NCBI GenBank assembly: GCA_965248835.1
Contig: CBDFLJ010000002.1
Location: 608,001-672,000 of the forward strand
DNA: 64,000 nt
Direction of reading: 5' to 3'
DNA from: Alphaproteobacteria bacterium
GTDB lineage: Bacteria; Pseudomonadota; Alphaproteobacteria; MPNO01
Within the stretch, counting starts at the first letter, position 1; the number at the start of each line of letters is the position of its first letter. Shown one piece after another: positions 1 to 10,063 of this stretch. A program made the translations under genes and the position numbers. The notes below the pieces were generated by a model. The model worked only from the letters and a program-made list of their open reading frames with translations, made no database searches and was not told the DNA's origin.

Positions 1-708
1 GGCGAGGTCACCGGCCTGCCGTTTCCCGCGCACGCCGAAATCGTGCTGGAGGGGTTCGTCTCGCCGGACGAGACCGCGCTGGAGGGTCCGTTCGGCGAGT
101 GGACCGGCTACTACGCCGGAGACGCCAAGGAAGAGCCGGTGATCCGTATCGAGCGGGTCTATCACCGCACCGATCCGATCCTGACCTGCGCGGCCAGCCA
201 GAAGCCGCCGCATTCCCACCTCTTCGAGCGCTGTTTCATCCGCTCCGCCGGCCTGCTCGACTCCCTGGAGGGCGCGGGCATTCCCGACGTCAAGGGCGTC
301 TGGGTCCACCAGGGCGGCGCCGGCCGGACCTTCGTCGTGGTGGCGATCAAGCAGCGCTATTTCGGCCACGCCAACCAGGTCGGCCTGGTCGCCTCCCAGG
401 TCAACCCCACCGGCTATGTCGGGCGCTATGTCGTCGTGGTCGACGACGACATCGACCCGACCGACATCCACGACGTTATCTGGGCCATGGGCACGAGATC
501 GGACCCCAAGACCGACTTCACCGTCCTCGACCGTAACTGGTCGTCCCGCCTCGACACCATGGTCACCGACGACAGGCTCTACAACTCCCGCGTCGTCATA
601 GACGCCTGCATCCCTTACGAGCGGCTTGAAACCTTTCCGGCGGTCGCCCAGACATCGCCGGAACTCGCGGCCGAGATGCGGCGGAAGTTTCCCGACGCCT
701 TCGATTGA
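1..708 (+). CDS. UbiD family (prFMN-dependent) decarboxylase, 5'-truncated by window edge
   Basis: Frame open from base 1; EGPFGEWTGYY and VVVVDDDIDP..DVIWAMGTR..P motifs of the UbiD C-terminus. Confidence 0.9.
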   Translation, partial: GEVTGLPFPAHAEIVLEGFVSPDETALEGPFGEWTGYYAGDAKEEPVIRIERVYHRTDPILTCAASQKPPHSHLFERCFIRSAGLLDSLEGAGIPDVKGVWVHQGGAGRTFVVVAIKQRYFGHANQVGLVASQVNPTGYVGRYVVVVDDDIDPTDIHDVIWAMGTRSDPKTDFTVLDRNWSSRLDTMVTDDRLYNSRVVIDACIPYERLETFPAVAQTSPELAAEMRRKFPDAFD

Positions 709-821
709 TCCCCGGCCCCGCGACCGCGGGAACCACCGTTCCGAATTCGGGTTGAGCTTGTATGATGTCGCGGCGTTTGCGGCCGCGCGAGCACGGCTGC
801 GGACATACGATGGGGCTGAGG

Positions 822-1361
822 ATGACGAATGGACCGCTGCCCGGGCTTCAGCACGTCGATCATGTCGCCTTGACGGTCCCCGACTTCGACGCCGGGGTGC
901 GGTTCTATTGCGAGGTGATCGGCGGCACCGAGCTCTACCGTATCGGCCCGTTCGATGCGGCGGAGCTGCCGGCCGCCGCGGACGGCCGCGACTGGACCGA
1001 GGCTCATGTCAACGTCAAGGGCGCGCGGCTTAACATCGCCATGCTGTCGATCGGCCCCAACCTGATGCTGGAGCTGCTCCAGTACGACCGGCCCGGGGAT
1101 GCGCGCAAGGCGCCGCCGCGCAACTGCGATTACGGCGGCCACCATATCGCCTTCAAGGTCGAAGACCTGGCTGCCGCGGTTGCCCATCTCGCGGCCAGCG
1201 GATGCACGGTCATGGCCGGTCCGGTGGTGCTCGACGAAGGCCCGAGCGCGGGGCTCAGGTTCAATTACGTGCTCGATCCCTGGGGCAACCAGCTCGAGCT
1301 CGTCGAATACACCACCCAGGCCTTCATGGCCGATTGCACCGCGCCGCTCTACGGCGGCTAG
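822..1361 (+). CDS. VOC/glyoxalase family protein
   Basis: HVDHVALTVPD, LELLQY, GGHHIAFKVED and DPWGNQLELVE metal-binding VOC motifs. Confidence 0.85.
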   Translation: MTNGPLPGLQHVDHVALTVPDFDAGVRFYCEVIGGTELYRIGPFDAAELPAAADGRDWTEAHVNVKGARLNIAMLSIGPNLMLELLQYDRPGDARKAPPRNCDYGGHHIAFKVEDLAAAVAHLAASGCTVMAGPVVLDEGPSAGLRFNYVLDPWGNQLELVEYTTQAFMADCTAPLYGG

Positions 1362-1379
1362 CGGTCCGGGGGCAAGGCG

Positions 1380-2732
1380 ATGGCGGAACCGCGGTCCGAG
1401 ATGAAGCTCGGGATGTTCTACTGGCCGTGCGGGCACCATATCGCGGCCTGGCGGCATCCCGACGGCGTCGCCGATTCGGGAGCGAACCTGGCGCACCTCA
1501 TCGACATCGCCCGGCTCGCCGAGCGCGGTCTGTTCGACATGTTCTTCATGGCCGACTCGGTGTCGTTCTGGCGCGGCTCGCTGGAGTCGATGAGCCATGA
1601 TTCCTACGGCACCTGGATCGAGCCGTTCACGCTGATGTGCGCGCTCGCCCAGCACACCACCCATCTCGGCCTCGTCTGCACGTCGACCACGACCTACGAC
1701 CAGCCCTACCTGCTCGCGCGGCGGTTCGCCTCGCTGGACCTGGTCAGCGGCGGGCGCGCGGGCTGGAACCTGGTGACCTCGGCCAACCGGTCCGAGGCCG
1801 ACAGCTTCGGCCTCGCCGAGCATGTCGAGAAATCCGAACGCTACCGCCGGGCGCGCGAATTCGCCCAAGTCGTTCGCGGGCTGTGGAATTCCTGGGGCCA
1901 GGACGCCTTCGTCCGGGACCAGGAGGCGGGGATCTATTTCGATCCGGACGCGCTCCATGTGATGGAGCATGTCGGCGAATTCTTCCGGGTGCGCGGCCCG
2001 CTCAACGCGCCCCCCTCGGCCCAGGGCGAGCCGGTCCTGGTCCAGGCCGGCGCGTCGGACGACGGACGCGAGCTGGCCGCGGAAACCGCCGAAGTGATCT
2101 TCGGTGCCCAGCAGACGCTCGCCGGCGCGCAGGCGTTCTACGCCGACGTGAAGGGCCGCATGGCCGCCTATGGCCGCGATCCCGACGGCCTCAAGATCAT
2201 GCCCGGGCTCCTGGTCTGCCTCGGGCGCAGCCACGATGAGGCCGTCGACAGCTACGAGGCGCTCCAGGATCTGATCGATCCCCTGACCGGGCTGCAGCTT
2301 CTGTCCAAGCGGCTGGACTACGACCTGTCGGGCTATCCGATCGACGGCCCGCTGCCGGACATTCCGCTCAACGCGACCGCCTCGACCCGGGTGGAGCTGT
2401 TCGTCGAGATCGCGCGCCGGGAGAAGCTGACGATCCGCGACCTCTACCGCCGCGTCGCCGGCGCGCGCGGCCATTACGAGATCATCGGAACGCCGGTCGA
2501 GGTCGCCGACATGATGGAGGAGTGGGTCACCGGCGCGGCGTGCGACGGTTTCAACATCATGCCGCCGGTCTTCCCGTCGGGCCTGCAGGATTTCGTCGAC
2601 CTGGTGGTTCCCGAACTCCAGCGCCGCGGGCTCTATCGAACGGCGTATGCGGGCACGACGCTGCGCGAGAATCTCGGCCTCGTCCGCCCGCCCTGGCCGG
2701 GCGCGCGCACGCGCGGTCAGGAGCACCGCTAG
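1380..2732 (+). CDS. LLM-class FMN-dependent monooxygenase (NtaA/DmoA/SnaA family)
   Basis: AERGLFDMFFMADS, ARRFASLDLVSGGRAGWNLVTS, QAGAS and TTLRENLGL motifs. Confidence 0.92.
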   Translation: MAEPRSEMKLGMFYWPCGHHIAAWRHPDGVADSGANLAHLIDIARLAERGLFDMFFMADSVSFWRGSLESMSHDSYGTWIEPFTLMCALAQHTTHLGLVCTSTTTYDQPYLLARRFASLDLVSGGRAGWNLVTSANRSEADSFGLAEHVEKSERYRRAREFAQVVRGLWNSWGQDAFVRDQEAGIYFDPDALHVMEHVGEFFRVRGPLNAPPSAQGEPVLVQAGASDDGRELAAETAEVIFGAQQTLAGAQAFYADVKGRMAAYGRDPDGLKIMPGLLVCLGRSHDEAVDSYEALQDLIDPLTGLQLLSKRLDYDLSGYPIDGPLPDIPLNATASTRVELFVEIARREKLTIRDLYRRVAGARGHYEIIGTPVEVADMMEEWVTGAACDGFNIMPPVFPSGLQDFVDLVVPELQRRGLYRTAYAGTTLRENLGLVRPPWPGARTRGQEHR

Positions 2733-3754
2733 GACGATGCGGTCGAATCCGGCGGCCGTGCGGGGACCAGGCGCCGCTGGACCGGGAAGAGATGGACGTC
2801 GAAGCGGGCCACCACCAGGCCCCAGATCCCCTTGGGCGCCTTGAGCATGACGACCACTGCGGTCGCCCCCAGGAGGATCAGGTACCAGGCCCCATACGGC
2901 GCCAGCGGCTCGCGCAGCAGGAAGAAGATCGCGGTGCCGAGGATCGGGCCTTCGATCGAGCCGATGCCGCCGATGACGACGATGAAGATGATCGTCGTCG
3001 TCCAGTTGATGTCGAAGGCCGCGCTCGGACTGATGCGGATCTTGGTCAGGTAGATCAGGGCGCCGATGGCCGAAGTCCCGAAGGCGGCCAGGACGTAGAC
3101 CAGGAGCTTGGCGCGGAAATTGTCGACGCCGAGGCTGCGCGAGGCCTCCTCGGAATCGCGGATGGCGGTGAGCGCAAGACCGTGCCGGGACCGCAGCAGG
3201 AGATAGACCGCCGCGATCACGGCCACGATCACCGCCAGCGCCACCCAGTAGATCACCGTATCGCGGGCGGCGCGCGAGGCCGCGATCGACTTGATGGCGG
3301 CGATCGGCAGGCTCATGCCCGAACCGCCGCCCATGACCTTGACCTGGGCGAAGCCGAGAAGGAAGACCTCCGCGACCACCCAGGTCCCGATGGCGAAATA
3401 ATGTCCGCGCAGCCGGAAGACCACGAAGGCGATCGGCAGCGAGACCACGGCCCCGATGACGCCGGCCAGCGGCACCGTCCACAGCGCGCCCACGTCGGCG
3501 AAGATCACAAGCATGAACAGGAGATACCCGCCGAGCCCGACGAAGGCCTGCTGTCCGACCGAGACCAGCCCGCCATACCCGGCGAGCAGGTTCCAGAGCT
3601 GGGCAAGCGCAAGGATGTAGAAGATCTCGACCAGCAGACGCATCAGCGCCCGGTCGCCCCAATAGGGCAGCGAGACCAGGACGACCAGGGCCACCAGGCC
3701 GAAGGCCGCGCCGGCCCGGCTTGTCCGCGTCGACCGCTGGACCCGGCTAGTCAT
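2729..3754 (-). CDS. Branched-chain amino acid-type ABC permease (LivM-like)
   Basis: WNLLAGYGGLVSVGQ, FRLRGHYFAIGT, AIRDSEEAS..LGV, IGGIGSIEGP. Confidence 0.9.
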   Translation of the reverse strand: MTSRVQRSTRTSRAGAAFGLVALVVLVSLPYWGDRALMRLLVEIFYILALAQLWNLLAGYGGLVSVGQQAFVGLGGYLLFMLVIFADVGALWTVPLAGVIGAVVSLPIAFVVFRLRGHYFAIGTWVVAEVFLLGFAQVKVMGGGSGMSLPIAAIKSIAASRAARDTVIYWVALAVIVAVIAAVYLLLRSRHGLALTAIRDSEEASRSLGVDNFRAKLLVYVLAAFGTSAIGALIYLTKIRISPSAAFDINWTTTIIFIVVIGGIGSIEGPILGTAIFFLLREPLAPYGAWYLILLGATAVVVMLKAPKGIWGLVVARFDVHLFPVQRRLVPARPPDSTASS

Positions 3755-4619
3755 CGCGCGTCCTCGGGAACAGCCCGTTGGGCCGCAGCACAAGGACCGC
3801 GAGGAAGGCGATATGGCCGGCGAGGATCTGCCAGCCGGGATCGATCTTCGCGCCGACGTTCTGGGCGACGCCGAGGATCACCCCGCCGGCCAGCGTGCCC
3901 CAGATCGAGCCCAGCCCGCCGATGATCACCGCCTCGAATGCGAACAGCAGCCGCGACGGCCCGAGCGAGGGGTCGAAATTGCTGCGGATGCCGAGGAAGA
4001 TCCCGGCGATGCCGACCAGGACGAGCGCCACCGCCATGGCCAAGCCGTAGATGTGCCGGTGATCGATCCCCATGAGCTGGGCGGTGCTTGCATCGTCCGA
4101 GGTCGCGCGGAACGCACGGCCGAGGCGGGTGCGGCCGAAGGCGAGCTGCAATCCGGTGATCAGGATGACCGCGACGATGAAGACGATCAGCGGCATGACG
4201 CCGATCTCCAACCCCTCGGCGAGGCGCAGGCTCACGGTCTCGACGGCGCCGGCCTTGAGACGCTGGGAGTCGGCGGAAAACATCTCCAGCAGCACGTTCT
4301 GGATGACGATCGAGATCCCGAAGGTGACCAGCAGCGGCGGCAGCAGGTCGTTGCCCAGGGTGAAGTTGAGGATCCCGCGCTGGAGCAAGTAGCCGAAGAC
4401 GAACATGAACGGCAGCACGGCGATCATCGAAAGGAACGGGTCCACACCCGTGGTCTCGATGATCACCATGGCGACGAACGCGGCCAGCACGATCAAATCG
4501 CCATGCGAGATGTTCACCAGGCGCATGACGCCGAAGATGATCGCCAGCCCGGCGGCGAACAGGGCATAGAGCCCGCCCGTCAGGACGCCTTGAACGATGG
4601 TGTTGACCCACTCGATCAT
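3747..4619 (-). CDS. Branched-chain amino acid-type ABC permease (LivH-like)
   Basis: GLAIIFGVMRLVNISHG, GRAFRATS, IIGGLGSIWG. Confidence 0.9.
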   Translation of the reverse strand: MIEWVNTIVQGVLTGGLYALFAAGLAIIFGVMRLVNISHGDLIVLAAFVAMVIIETTGVDPFLSMIAVLPFMFVFGYLLQRGILNFTLGNDLLPPLLVTFGISIVIQNVLLEMFSADSQRLKAGAVETVSLRLAEGLEIGVMPLIVFIVAVILITGLQLAFGRTRLGRAFRATSDDASTAQLMGIDHRHIYGLAMAVALVLVGIAGIFLGIRSNFDPSLGPSRLLFAFEAVIIGGLGSIWGTLAGGVILGVAQNVGAKIDPGWQILAGHIAFLAVLVLRPNGLFPRTRDD

Positions 4620-4621
4620 GC

Positions 4622-5320
4622 TCAGCTGCCGAAATAGGCCGCCGCGATCTGCTCGCGGGTCAGCGTGTCGGGCGGTCCGCTGAGCGAGATCCGCCCCTCC
4701 TGCAGGCAGTGGACGGTATCGGCGATGGCGAGCGCCCGATGGATATCCTGCTCGACGACCACCACCGAAACCCCCTCGGCGATGATCCTGGGCAGAACGT
4801 CATAGATCTCCTTGACCACGATGGGTGCCAGGCCCAGCGACAGCTCGTCGAACAGGATCAGGTCCGGGTTGGCCATCAGCGCGCGTCCGATCGCCGCCAT
4901 CTGCTGCTCGCCGCCGCTGAGCGCGGTGCCGGGGACCGAGCGGCGCGCAAGCAGCGCCGGGAACAGCGCGTACACCCGCTCCAGCGTCCAGTCCCCAGGC
5001 CGCCGGCTGTAGCCGCCGATCAGCAGGTTTTCTTCCACCGACAGGCTGGGGAACAGGCGGCGGCCTTCGGGGACCATCGCGATGCCCATGTCGACAATCT
5101 CGCACGCCGCCAGGCCCTGGATAGACCGCCCGCGGTAGGAGACCGCATTGCCGGTGGCAGCGACCAGGCCGGTGATGGCGCGCAGCAGCGTCGTCTTGCC
5201 GGCGCCGTTGGCGCCGATCACCGCCACCGTCTCGTGCTCGGCCAACACCAGATCGATGCCGAACAGCGCCTGGAAATCGCCGTAGAACGCGTTCAGGCCG
5301 CGGATCTCCAAGAGGCTCAT
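4622..5320 (-). CDS. ABC ATP-binding protein (LivF-like)
   Basis: Walker A GANGAGKTT, LSGGEQQM signature, DELSLGLAP; start at MSLLEIRG. Confidence 0.92.
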   Translation of the reverse strand: MSLLEIRGLNAFYGDFQALFGIDLVLAEHETVAVIGANGAGKTTLLRAITGLVAATGNAVSYRGRSIQGLAACEIVDMGIAMVPEGRRLFPSLSVEENLLIGGYSRRPGDWTLERVYALFPALLARRSVPGTALSGGEQQMAAIGRALMANPDLILFDELSLGLAPIVVKEIYDVLPRIIAEGVSVVVVEQDIHRALAIADTVHCLQEGRISLSGPPDTLTREQIAAAYFGS

Positions 5321-6042
5321 TCGACCGCGATCCCCATATAGACCTCGCGCACCGCCGGGCTGTCGAGGACCGCCCGCGGATCCCCGTCTTCGAGCTTGCT
5401 GCCGAAGTTGATGACGATCAGCCGATCGATCACCGATAGCAGCGCATGGACGATGTGCTCGACCCAGACTATCGAAACGCCCTGTGCGCGGATGCCGCCG
5501 ATGGTTTCGATCAACTGCCTGATCTCGTGCTCGGTGAGCCCGCCGGCGATCTCGTCGAGCAGCAGCACAAGCGGACGAGTCGCCAGCGCTCGGGCAAGCT
5601 CCAGGCGCTTGCGCTCGAGCAGGGTGAGGGCGCCGGCCGGCACATTGGCCTTGCCGATCAGCCCGACTTGTTCGAGGATCTCGGCGCACCGCTGGTAGGT
5701 CCTGGCTTCCGGCTGTTGCCCGCCGAACACCGCGCCGACCAGCAGGTTCTCGAACACCGTCATGCCGGCGAGCGGGTGGGGGATCTGGTAGGACCGCCCG
5801 ATGCCCGCGCGGCAGCGCAGGTGCGCCGGCATCCCCGTGACGTCTTGGCCGGCGAAAACGATCCGGCCGCCGTCGGGCTGCAGGCTTCCGGTGACCAGGT
5901 TGAACAGCGTGCTCTTGCCGGCGCCGTTGGGCCCGATGATCCCCAGCGCCTCGCCTTCGGCGAGGTCCATGTCGAAGTCCTCGATCACCCGCAGCGAGCC
6001 GAAGCTCTTGAACAGGCCGTTGACCGACAGGATCGGGTTCAT
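5317..6042 (-). CDS. ABC ATP-binding protein (LivG-like)
   Basis: GPNGAGKST, LLLDEIAGGL, VWVEH. Confidence 0.92.
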   Translation of the reverse strand: MNPILSVNGLFKSFGSLRVIEDFDMDLAEGEALGIIGPNGAGKSTLFNLVTGSLQPDGGRIVFAGQDVTGMPAHLRCRAGIGRSYQIPHPLAGMTVFENLLVGAVFGGQQPEARTYQRCAEILEQVGLIGKANVPAGALTLLERKRLELARALATRPLVLLLDEIAGGLTEHEIRQLIETIGGIRAQGVSIVWVEHIVHALLSVIDRLIVINFGSKLEDGDPRAVLDSPAVREVYMGIAVE

Positions 6043-6103
6043 CGAGGTTCCCGGGGAGCGTCCGGCGCCCGCGCGGGCGCCGGACGGTTCGATCGCCGGG
6101 CGC

Positions 6104-7426
6104 TCAGCTCAGCGGGTCGAGGCCGCCGCCGACCGGGATGTTCGTCGCGCGCCGGTTGTCGACGACGATCAGGTCGTACTTGAATTTCTTGCCGCGCTTC
6201 CACTGGCCGCCGACGAGCGGCGTGCGGCAAGCGTTCTTGACCGGGTTGCGGTGGTCGCCGAATTTCCACGAGACCGGGCCGACGATCGATTCGTAGTCGG
6301 TGTTCTCGATCGCGTTCAGGATCGCCTCCGGATCGCCCGGATCGCCGCAGCGCTTCAGCACGTCGATCGCCACCTCGATGTTGGCGTGCTTGAAGCCCAG
6401 CGGCTGGGTCCATTGTTTGCCGGTGCGTGCGGTATAGGCCGCCGCGAAATCCGCCGAGCTGGTGCCTGTCAGGTTCGATTTGAACGGGTGCGCCGGCGAC
6501 CACCAGACCTCGGTGGTCAGCCCCGCGCCGCGCTCGCCCAACGCCTCGATCGCCGGCGGGAACAACAGCGCCTTGCCGATCGTGGCGGCCTTGAGCTGCT
6601 TGGTCAGGCCCTGCTGAGCGGCTTGCGTCCAGAAGGTCGAGAAATCCGGCGGTGTCGCGACGCCGGTCAGGATGTGGACATCCTGCTTCTTGAACTCGGT
6701 AATCTGGGCGGTGAAGTCGTTGGTGCCCGGCTGGAACAGCGACGGCTGGTAATAGCCGAACCCGCCGCCTTCGATCGGCGGCCGGAAGCCGCGCTTGGGA
6801 TCGCCCGCCACGACGCCGTCGGAGTCGTTGACCATCAGGCTGCCGACCTTCTTGTTGGTGCCCAGCGCATTCCACATGTCCATGAACACGCCGATCATGT
6901 CGTCGATGCCCCAGAAGAAGTGGTAGGTCCACTTGAAGCCCTTGTCCGGGGTTGCGCCGCGGCCGAAATAGACGATCTGCCAGGGCGTATCGGCGGTCAC
7001 GCACGGCACCTCGTTGGCCTCGCACTGATCGGAGACCGGGTTGACCGTGTCGCCAGACGAGGAGCCGATCATCAGGTTGACCTCGTGCTTGAGGATGAGC
7101 TCGGCCGCGACCTCGGCCGCGCGGTTGGGGTTGGACTGGGAATCCCGGGCCAGGATCTCGACCGGATAGGTCCGCTTGCCGATCCTGATACCGCTGCCGA
7201 TCGCGGCCCGCGCATCGGCGAGCACGAACCGGTCGGCTTCGCCGAACGCCGCCAGCGGCCCGGATTGCGGGCTGACAAAGCCGATCTTCACCGACTTCGC
7301 GGCGTGGATCGCAGGCGCGGCGAAGCTCGATGAGGCGGCCGCGGCGATCACCCCGCCGCCATATTTGAGCGCGCGGCGGCGGCCGATTCCGGGCCGCTGC
7401 GATGGCCGCTTCGTGTGGGTCGTCAT
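6104..7426 (-). CDS. ABC substrate-binding protein (LivJ/aromatic-ligand type) with Tat signal
   Basis: GRRRALKY twin-arginine leader, KIGFVSPQSGPLAAFGE, DSQSNPNRAAEVA. Confidence 0.9.
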   Translation of the reverse strand: MTTHTKRPSQRPGIGRRRALKYGGGVIAAAASSSFAAPAIHAAKSVKIGFVSPQSGPLAAFGEADRFVLADARAAIGSGIRIGKRTYPVEILARDSQSNPNRAAEVAAELILKHEVNLMIGSSSGDTVNPVSDQCEANEVPCVTADTPWQIVYFGRGATPDKGFKWTYHFFWGIDDMIGVFMDMWNALGTNKKVGSLMVNDSDGVVAGDPKRGFRPPIEGGGFGYYQPSLFQPGTNDFTAQITEFKKQDVHILTGVATPPDFSTFWTQAAQQGLTKQLKAATIGKALLFPPAIEALGERGAGLTTEVWWSPAHPFKSNLTGTSSADFAAAYTARTGKQWTQPLGFKHANIEVAIDVLKRCGDPGDPEAILNAIENTDYESIVGPVSWKFGDHRNPVKNACRTPLVGGQWKRGKKFKYDLIVVDNRRATNIPVGGGLDPLS

Positions 7427-7567
7427 GCTGATCTCTCCCTGTTCCGTGTTCGGCTCGCTGGCCGACGGGACAGCACGAGCGGTGTCCCTGTCACGACTTC
7501 GTGATCACACAATTCCTTAGCACGCGGCCCAATCGCGCGCCAACCCGACCGGCCGGAACGGCTGGGC

Positions 7568-8116
7568 TCAGGCGTCGACCGGCGCCGGGACCGGTTTGGA
7601 GTAGTCGACCGTGTTGGACTTGAGGTCGAACAGCCGCTGGTCCACCAGATCGAGGTCGGTGCCGGTCACCCGCACGAAGCGCGCGCCGTCGGGAAACTTG
7701 ATCGAATGGATGTCGCCCGGGTTGAAGGTGCCCGCCATGCCCGGGTCGAGCCGGTAGGTCTCCACCGGCTTGACGATGGGATCCCCGTCGCCCGAACCCC
7801 CGGTCTCCTTCCAGATCGTCATGTCGGTGTACGCGACCGACTGGCAATAGATCGCCCAGGACGGTCCATGGTCATGCGGCGGCGACTCCACGCCCTTGTC
7901 GTAGATATGCGCCAGGACGAGGAAGCCGAGCTCGGGATCCTCGTAGAGCCGGTGGAGGCCGCGCTCGGCATCGACGCCGCAATTGGCGGCAACGAAGTCG
8001 GCGTTGGCCACGAGCTTTTCCAGGTTGGCGCGGATGACCTCGCGCCCGGCGTCGCCGTCATCCGCGCGGATGGCCGCACGGCAATCCTCGCAAAACCGTT
8101 CCAGGGTGTAGGCCAT
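7568..8116 (-). CDS. Cysteine-dioxygenase-like cupin protein
   Basis: SPPHDHGPSWAIY and GDIHSI His motifs; AGGAGG RBS upstream. Confidence 0.7.
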   Translation of the reverse strand: MAYTLERFCEDCRAAIRADDGDAGREVIRANLEKLVANADFVAANCGVDAERGLHRLYEDPELGFLVLAHIYDKGVESPPHDHGPSWAIYCQSVAYTDMTIWKETGGSGDGDPIVKPVETYRLDPGMAGTFNPGDIHSIKFPDGARFVRVTGTDLDLVDQRLFDLKSNTVDYSKPVPAPVDA

Positions 8117-8240
8117 GGACATCCTCCTGTCGTTTCCCGAACCCTCGCCGGGCCAAGCGTGACACCGCCGCACGCAATCGGCAAGGCAGAAGACGCGAAC
8201 GGGTCTGCAACCGGCGACATTTCGATCGGGGTCAGTGGGG

Positions 8241-9458
8241 TCAATAGGGTGCGCCGCGGACCGCGAGCCCGAGATGGGCTTGCCCGTTCATCGCCGACAT
8301 CACGTCCCAGTTGAAGAACGCGTGGTGGGAGACCGCATGGGCGTCGCGCCACGCGCGCTGGACCGGTTCGGCGTGATGGATGCCGGCGGCACCCGCGGCG
8401 GCCCACAGGGCGTCCAGACCCTGCAAGGCGAGCTGGACGGCATAGGCCTGGACGACCCTGTTCTGGAGCCGTTCGCCGTCGCCGAGCCGCTCGCCGCGGT
8501 CGATGACGGCGCGCCGGGTCTCCTCGATCCGCGAGAACATCAGAGCCTTTGCCGCCATCAGCGCCGCCGCGGCGTGGCCGATGCGCATCTGTACGGCGGG
8601 AAATTCGTTGACCTTGGCCCCGCCGCCCGCGCCGCTGCCGCGGGTCCGCTGGTCGCCGAGCTGCTCGACATAGTGGTCGAGCGCGCCTTGCAGGCAGCCG
8701 ACCGCGGTCGCCGACAGGCCGTGCGCACCGAGCGAGAAGACGGGATAGCGCCCGAGATTGGTCGCGAAAGCCGCCTGTCCGGGCGTGTCGACCGAAGCGA
8801 AGATCTCCGCGGCGAGGCTGCGGTATTCCGGTACGAAGACGTCTTCGGCGACGACCGCATGGCTGCCGGTCGCTGCCAGCCCCATGGTGTCCCAGTCATC
8901 GACCTGACGGCAATCCGCCATCGGGACCACGACGAAGCCCGGGACGGCGCGCTCCCGGCCGCCGTCTGCGGGCGGCAGCATCGCGCCCAGCAGCGCGACA
9001 TCGGCGTAGTCGCAGCCGCTGGCATAGCGCCAGGTCCCGCTGATCCGGAAGCCGCCGGCGACGCGGATGCACGTCCCGCTCGGCGGGAACGAGGTGACGA
9101 CCATCTTGTCGGGTCCGTCGCGCCAGATCTCGTCCTGACAGGCCAGCGGGAACTGAGCGGCCATCCATTGATGGGAGATCGCGCAGCTCGCCACCCACCC
9201 AGTCGAGCCGCAGGCCGCCGAGAGCTCGAGGATCACCTTGACCGCGGTCTCCAGGTCGAGCTCGTAGCCGCCGAACCGCCGCGGCAGCAGGATGCGGAAA
9301 AACCCGCCGTCCCGGAGCGCCGCGTAGACATGCGCCGGGATCTTCCGCGCCTTCTCCGCGCCCGCGGCTTCGGCGCCGATCATCGGTGCCAGCCCTCGCG
9401 CCGCTTCGATCAGTGATGCACCGGCGGCAGGTTCCACAGCCGGTCCGCTTCCGGTCAT
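8241..9458 (-). CDS. Acyl-CoA dehydrogenase-fold flavin-dependent monooxygenase (HsaA/C2-like)
   Basis: PRRFGGYE, ACGSTGW, SGTWRYASGCDYA, DDWDTMGLAATGSH, QRAWRDAH. Confidence 0.88.
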   Translation of the reverse strand: MTGSGPAVEPAAGASLIEAARGLAPMIGAEAAGAEKARKIPAHVYAALRDGGFFRILLPRRFGGYELDLETAVKVILELSAACGSTGWVASCAISHQWMAAQFPLACQDEIWRDGPDKMVVTSFPPSGTCIRVAGGFRISGTWRYASGCDYADVALLGAMLPPADGGRERAVPGFVVVPMADCRQVDDWDTMGLAATGSHAVVAEDVFVPEYRSLAAEIFASVDTPGQAAFATNLGRYPVFSLGAHGLSATAVGCLQGALDHYVEQLGDQRTRGSGAGGGAKVNEFPAVQMRIGHAAAALMAAKALMFSRIEETRRAVIDRGERLGDGERLQNRVVQAYAVQLALQGLDALWAAAGAAGIHHAEPVQRAWRDAHAVSHHAFFNWDVMSAMNGQAHLGLAVRGAPY

Positions 9459-9588
9459 TCGTTCATACTCCCCGCATCGATCGCTGCATGAAAGCTTGAC
9501 GAATTGCCGTCCGAAGGTCGAGGCGCCGCCTCGCGGGGACTGCTTGGAATCGCGCGGCCGGCATCGGGGAAAAATCCCCGCCCGCCCT

Positions 9589-9617
9589 CTTGAAATCCGC
9601 AACGCGTCGAATAAATA
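9589..9617 (+). promoter_or_regulatory. Putative heat-shock promoter (-35 CTTGAA) upstream of groES
   Basis: CTTGAA at 9589-9594 and an AT-rich -10-like segment, just upstream of CIRCE. Confidence 0.5.
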
Positions 9618-9630
9618 GGCACCAGCAGAT

Positions 9631-9657
9631 TTGGCACTCTTTTACAGCGAGTGCCAA
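9631..9657 (+). promoter_or_regulatory. CIRCE element (HrcA operator)
   Basis: Perfect inverted repeat TTGGCACTC-N9-GAGTGCCAA, matching TTAGCACTC-N9-GAGTGCTAA, about 50 bp upstream of groES. Confidence 0.93.
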
Positions 9658-9706
9658 ATCTGCTGGTGAGGATGCGAGAACCTCAGGGAAGAAAGGAGAA
9701 AAAGAC

Positions 9707-10027
9707 ATGAAATTCAGGCCTTTGCACGACCGTCTTCTGGTTCGTCGCGTCGACGAGGACGAGAAGACGGCAGGCGGCATCATCATTCCCGACACGGCCA
9801 AGGAAAAGCCGATGCAAGCCGAGGTGCTGAGCGTCGGCCCCGGCGCGCGCAACGAGGATGGCGTGATCACGCCGCTCGACGTGAAGACCGGAGATCACAT
9901 TCTGCTCGGCAAATGGTCGGGGACCGAGGTCACGATCGACGGCGAGGAGCTGCTGATCATCAAGGAGTCCGACGTCATGGGCATCTTCGAGCAACCGCTC
10001 TCACGCAGCAGGCGGAAGGCTGCCTGA
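9707..10027 (+). CDS. groES: Co-chaperonin GroES
   Basis: [39 protein letters not shown]; AAGGAG RBS. Confidence 0.96.
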   Translation: MKFRPLHDRLLVRRVDEDEKTAGGIIIPDTAKEKPMQAEVLSVGPGARNEDGVITPLDVKTGDHILLGKWSGTEVTIDGEELLIIKESDVMGIFEQPLSRSRRKAA

Positions 10028-10063
10028 GGCGAACGCGGCGATGCGCCGGAACCCGGCCGACGG

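Noticed and set aside
615-3662. 1015-aa minus-strand ORF and other long Arg/Pro-rich ORFs (e.g. 12405-14531, 37423-38949, 52168-53925, 62008-63639)
   Set aside because: Shadow frames of well-supported genes in high-GC DNA; no motifs of their own.
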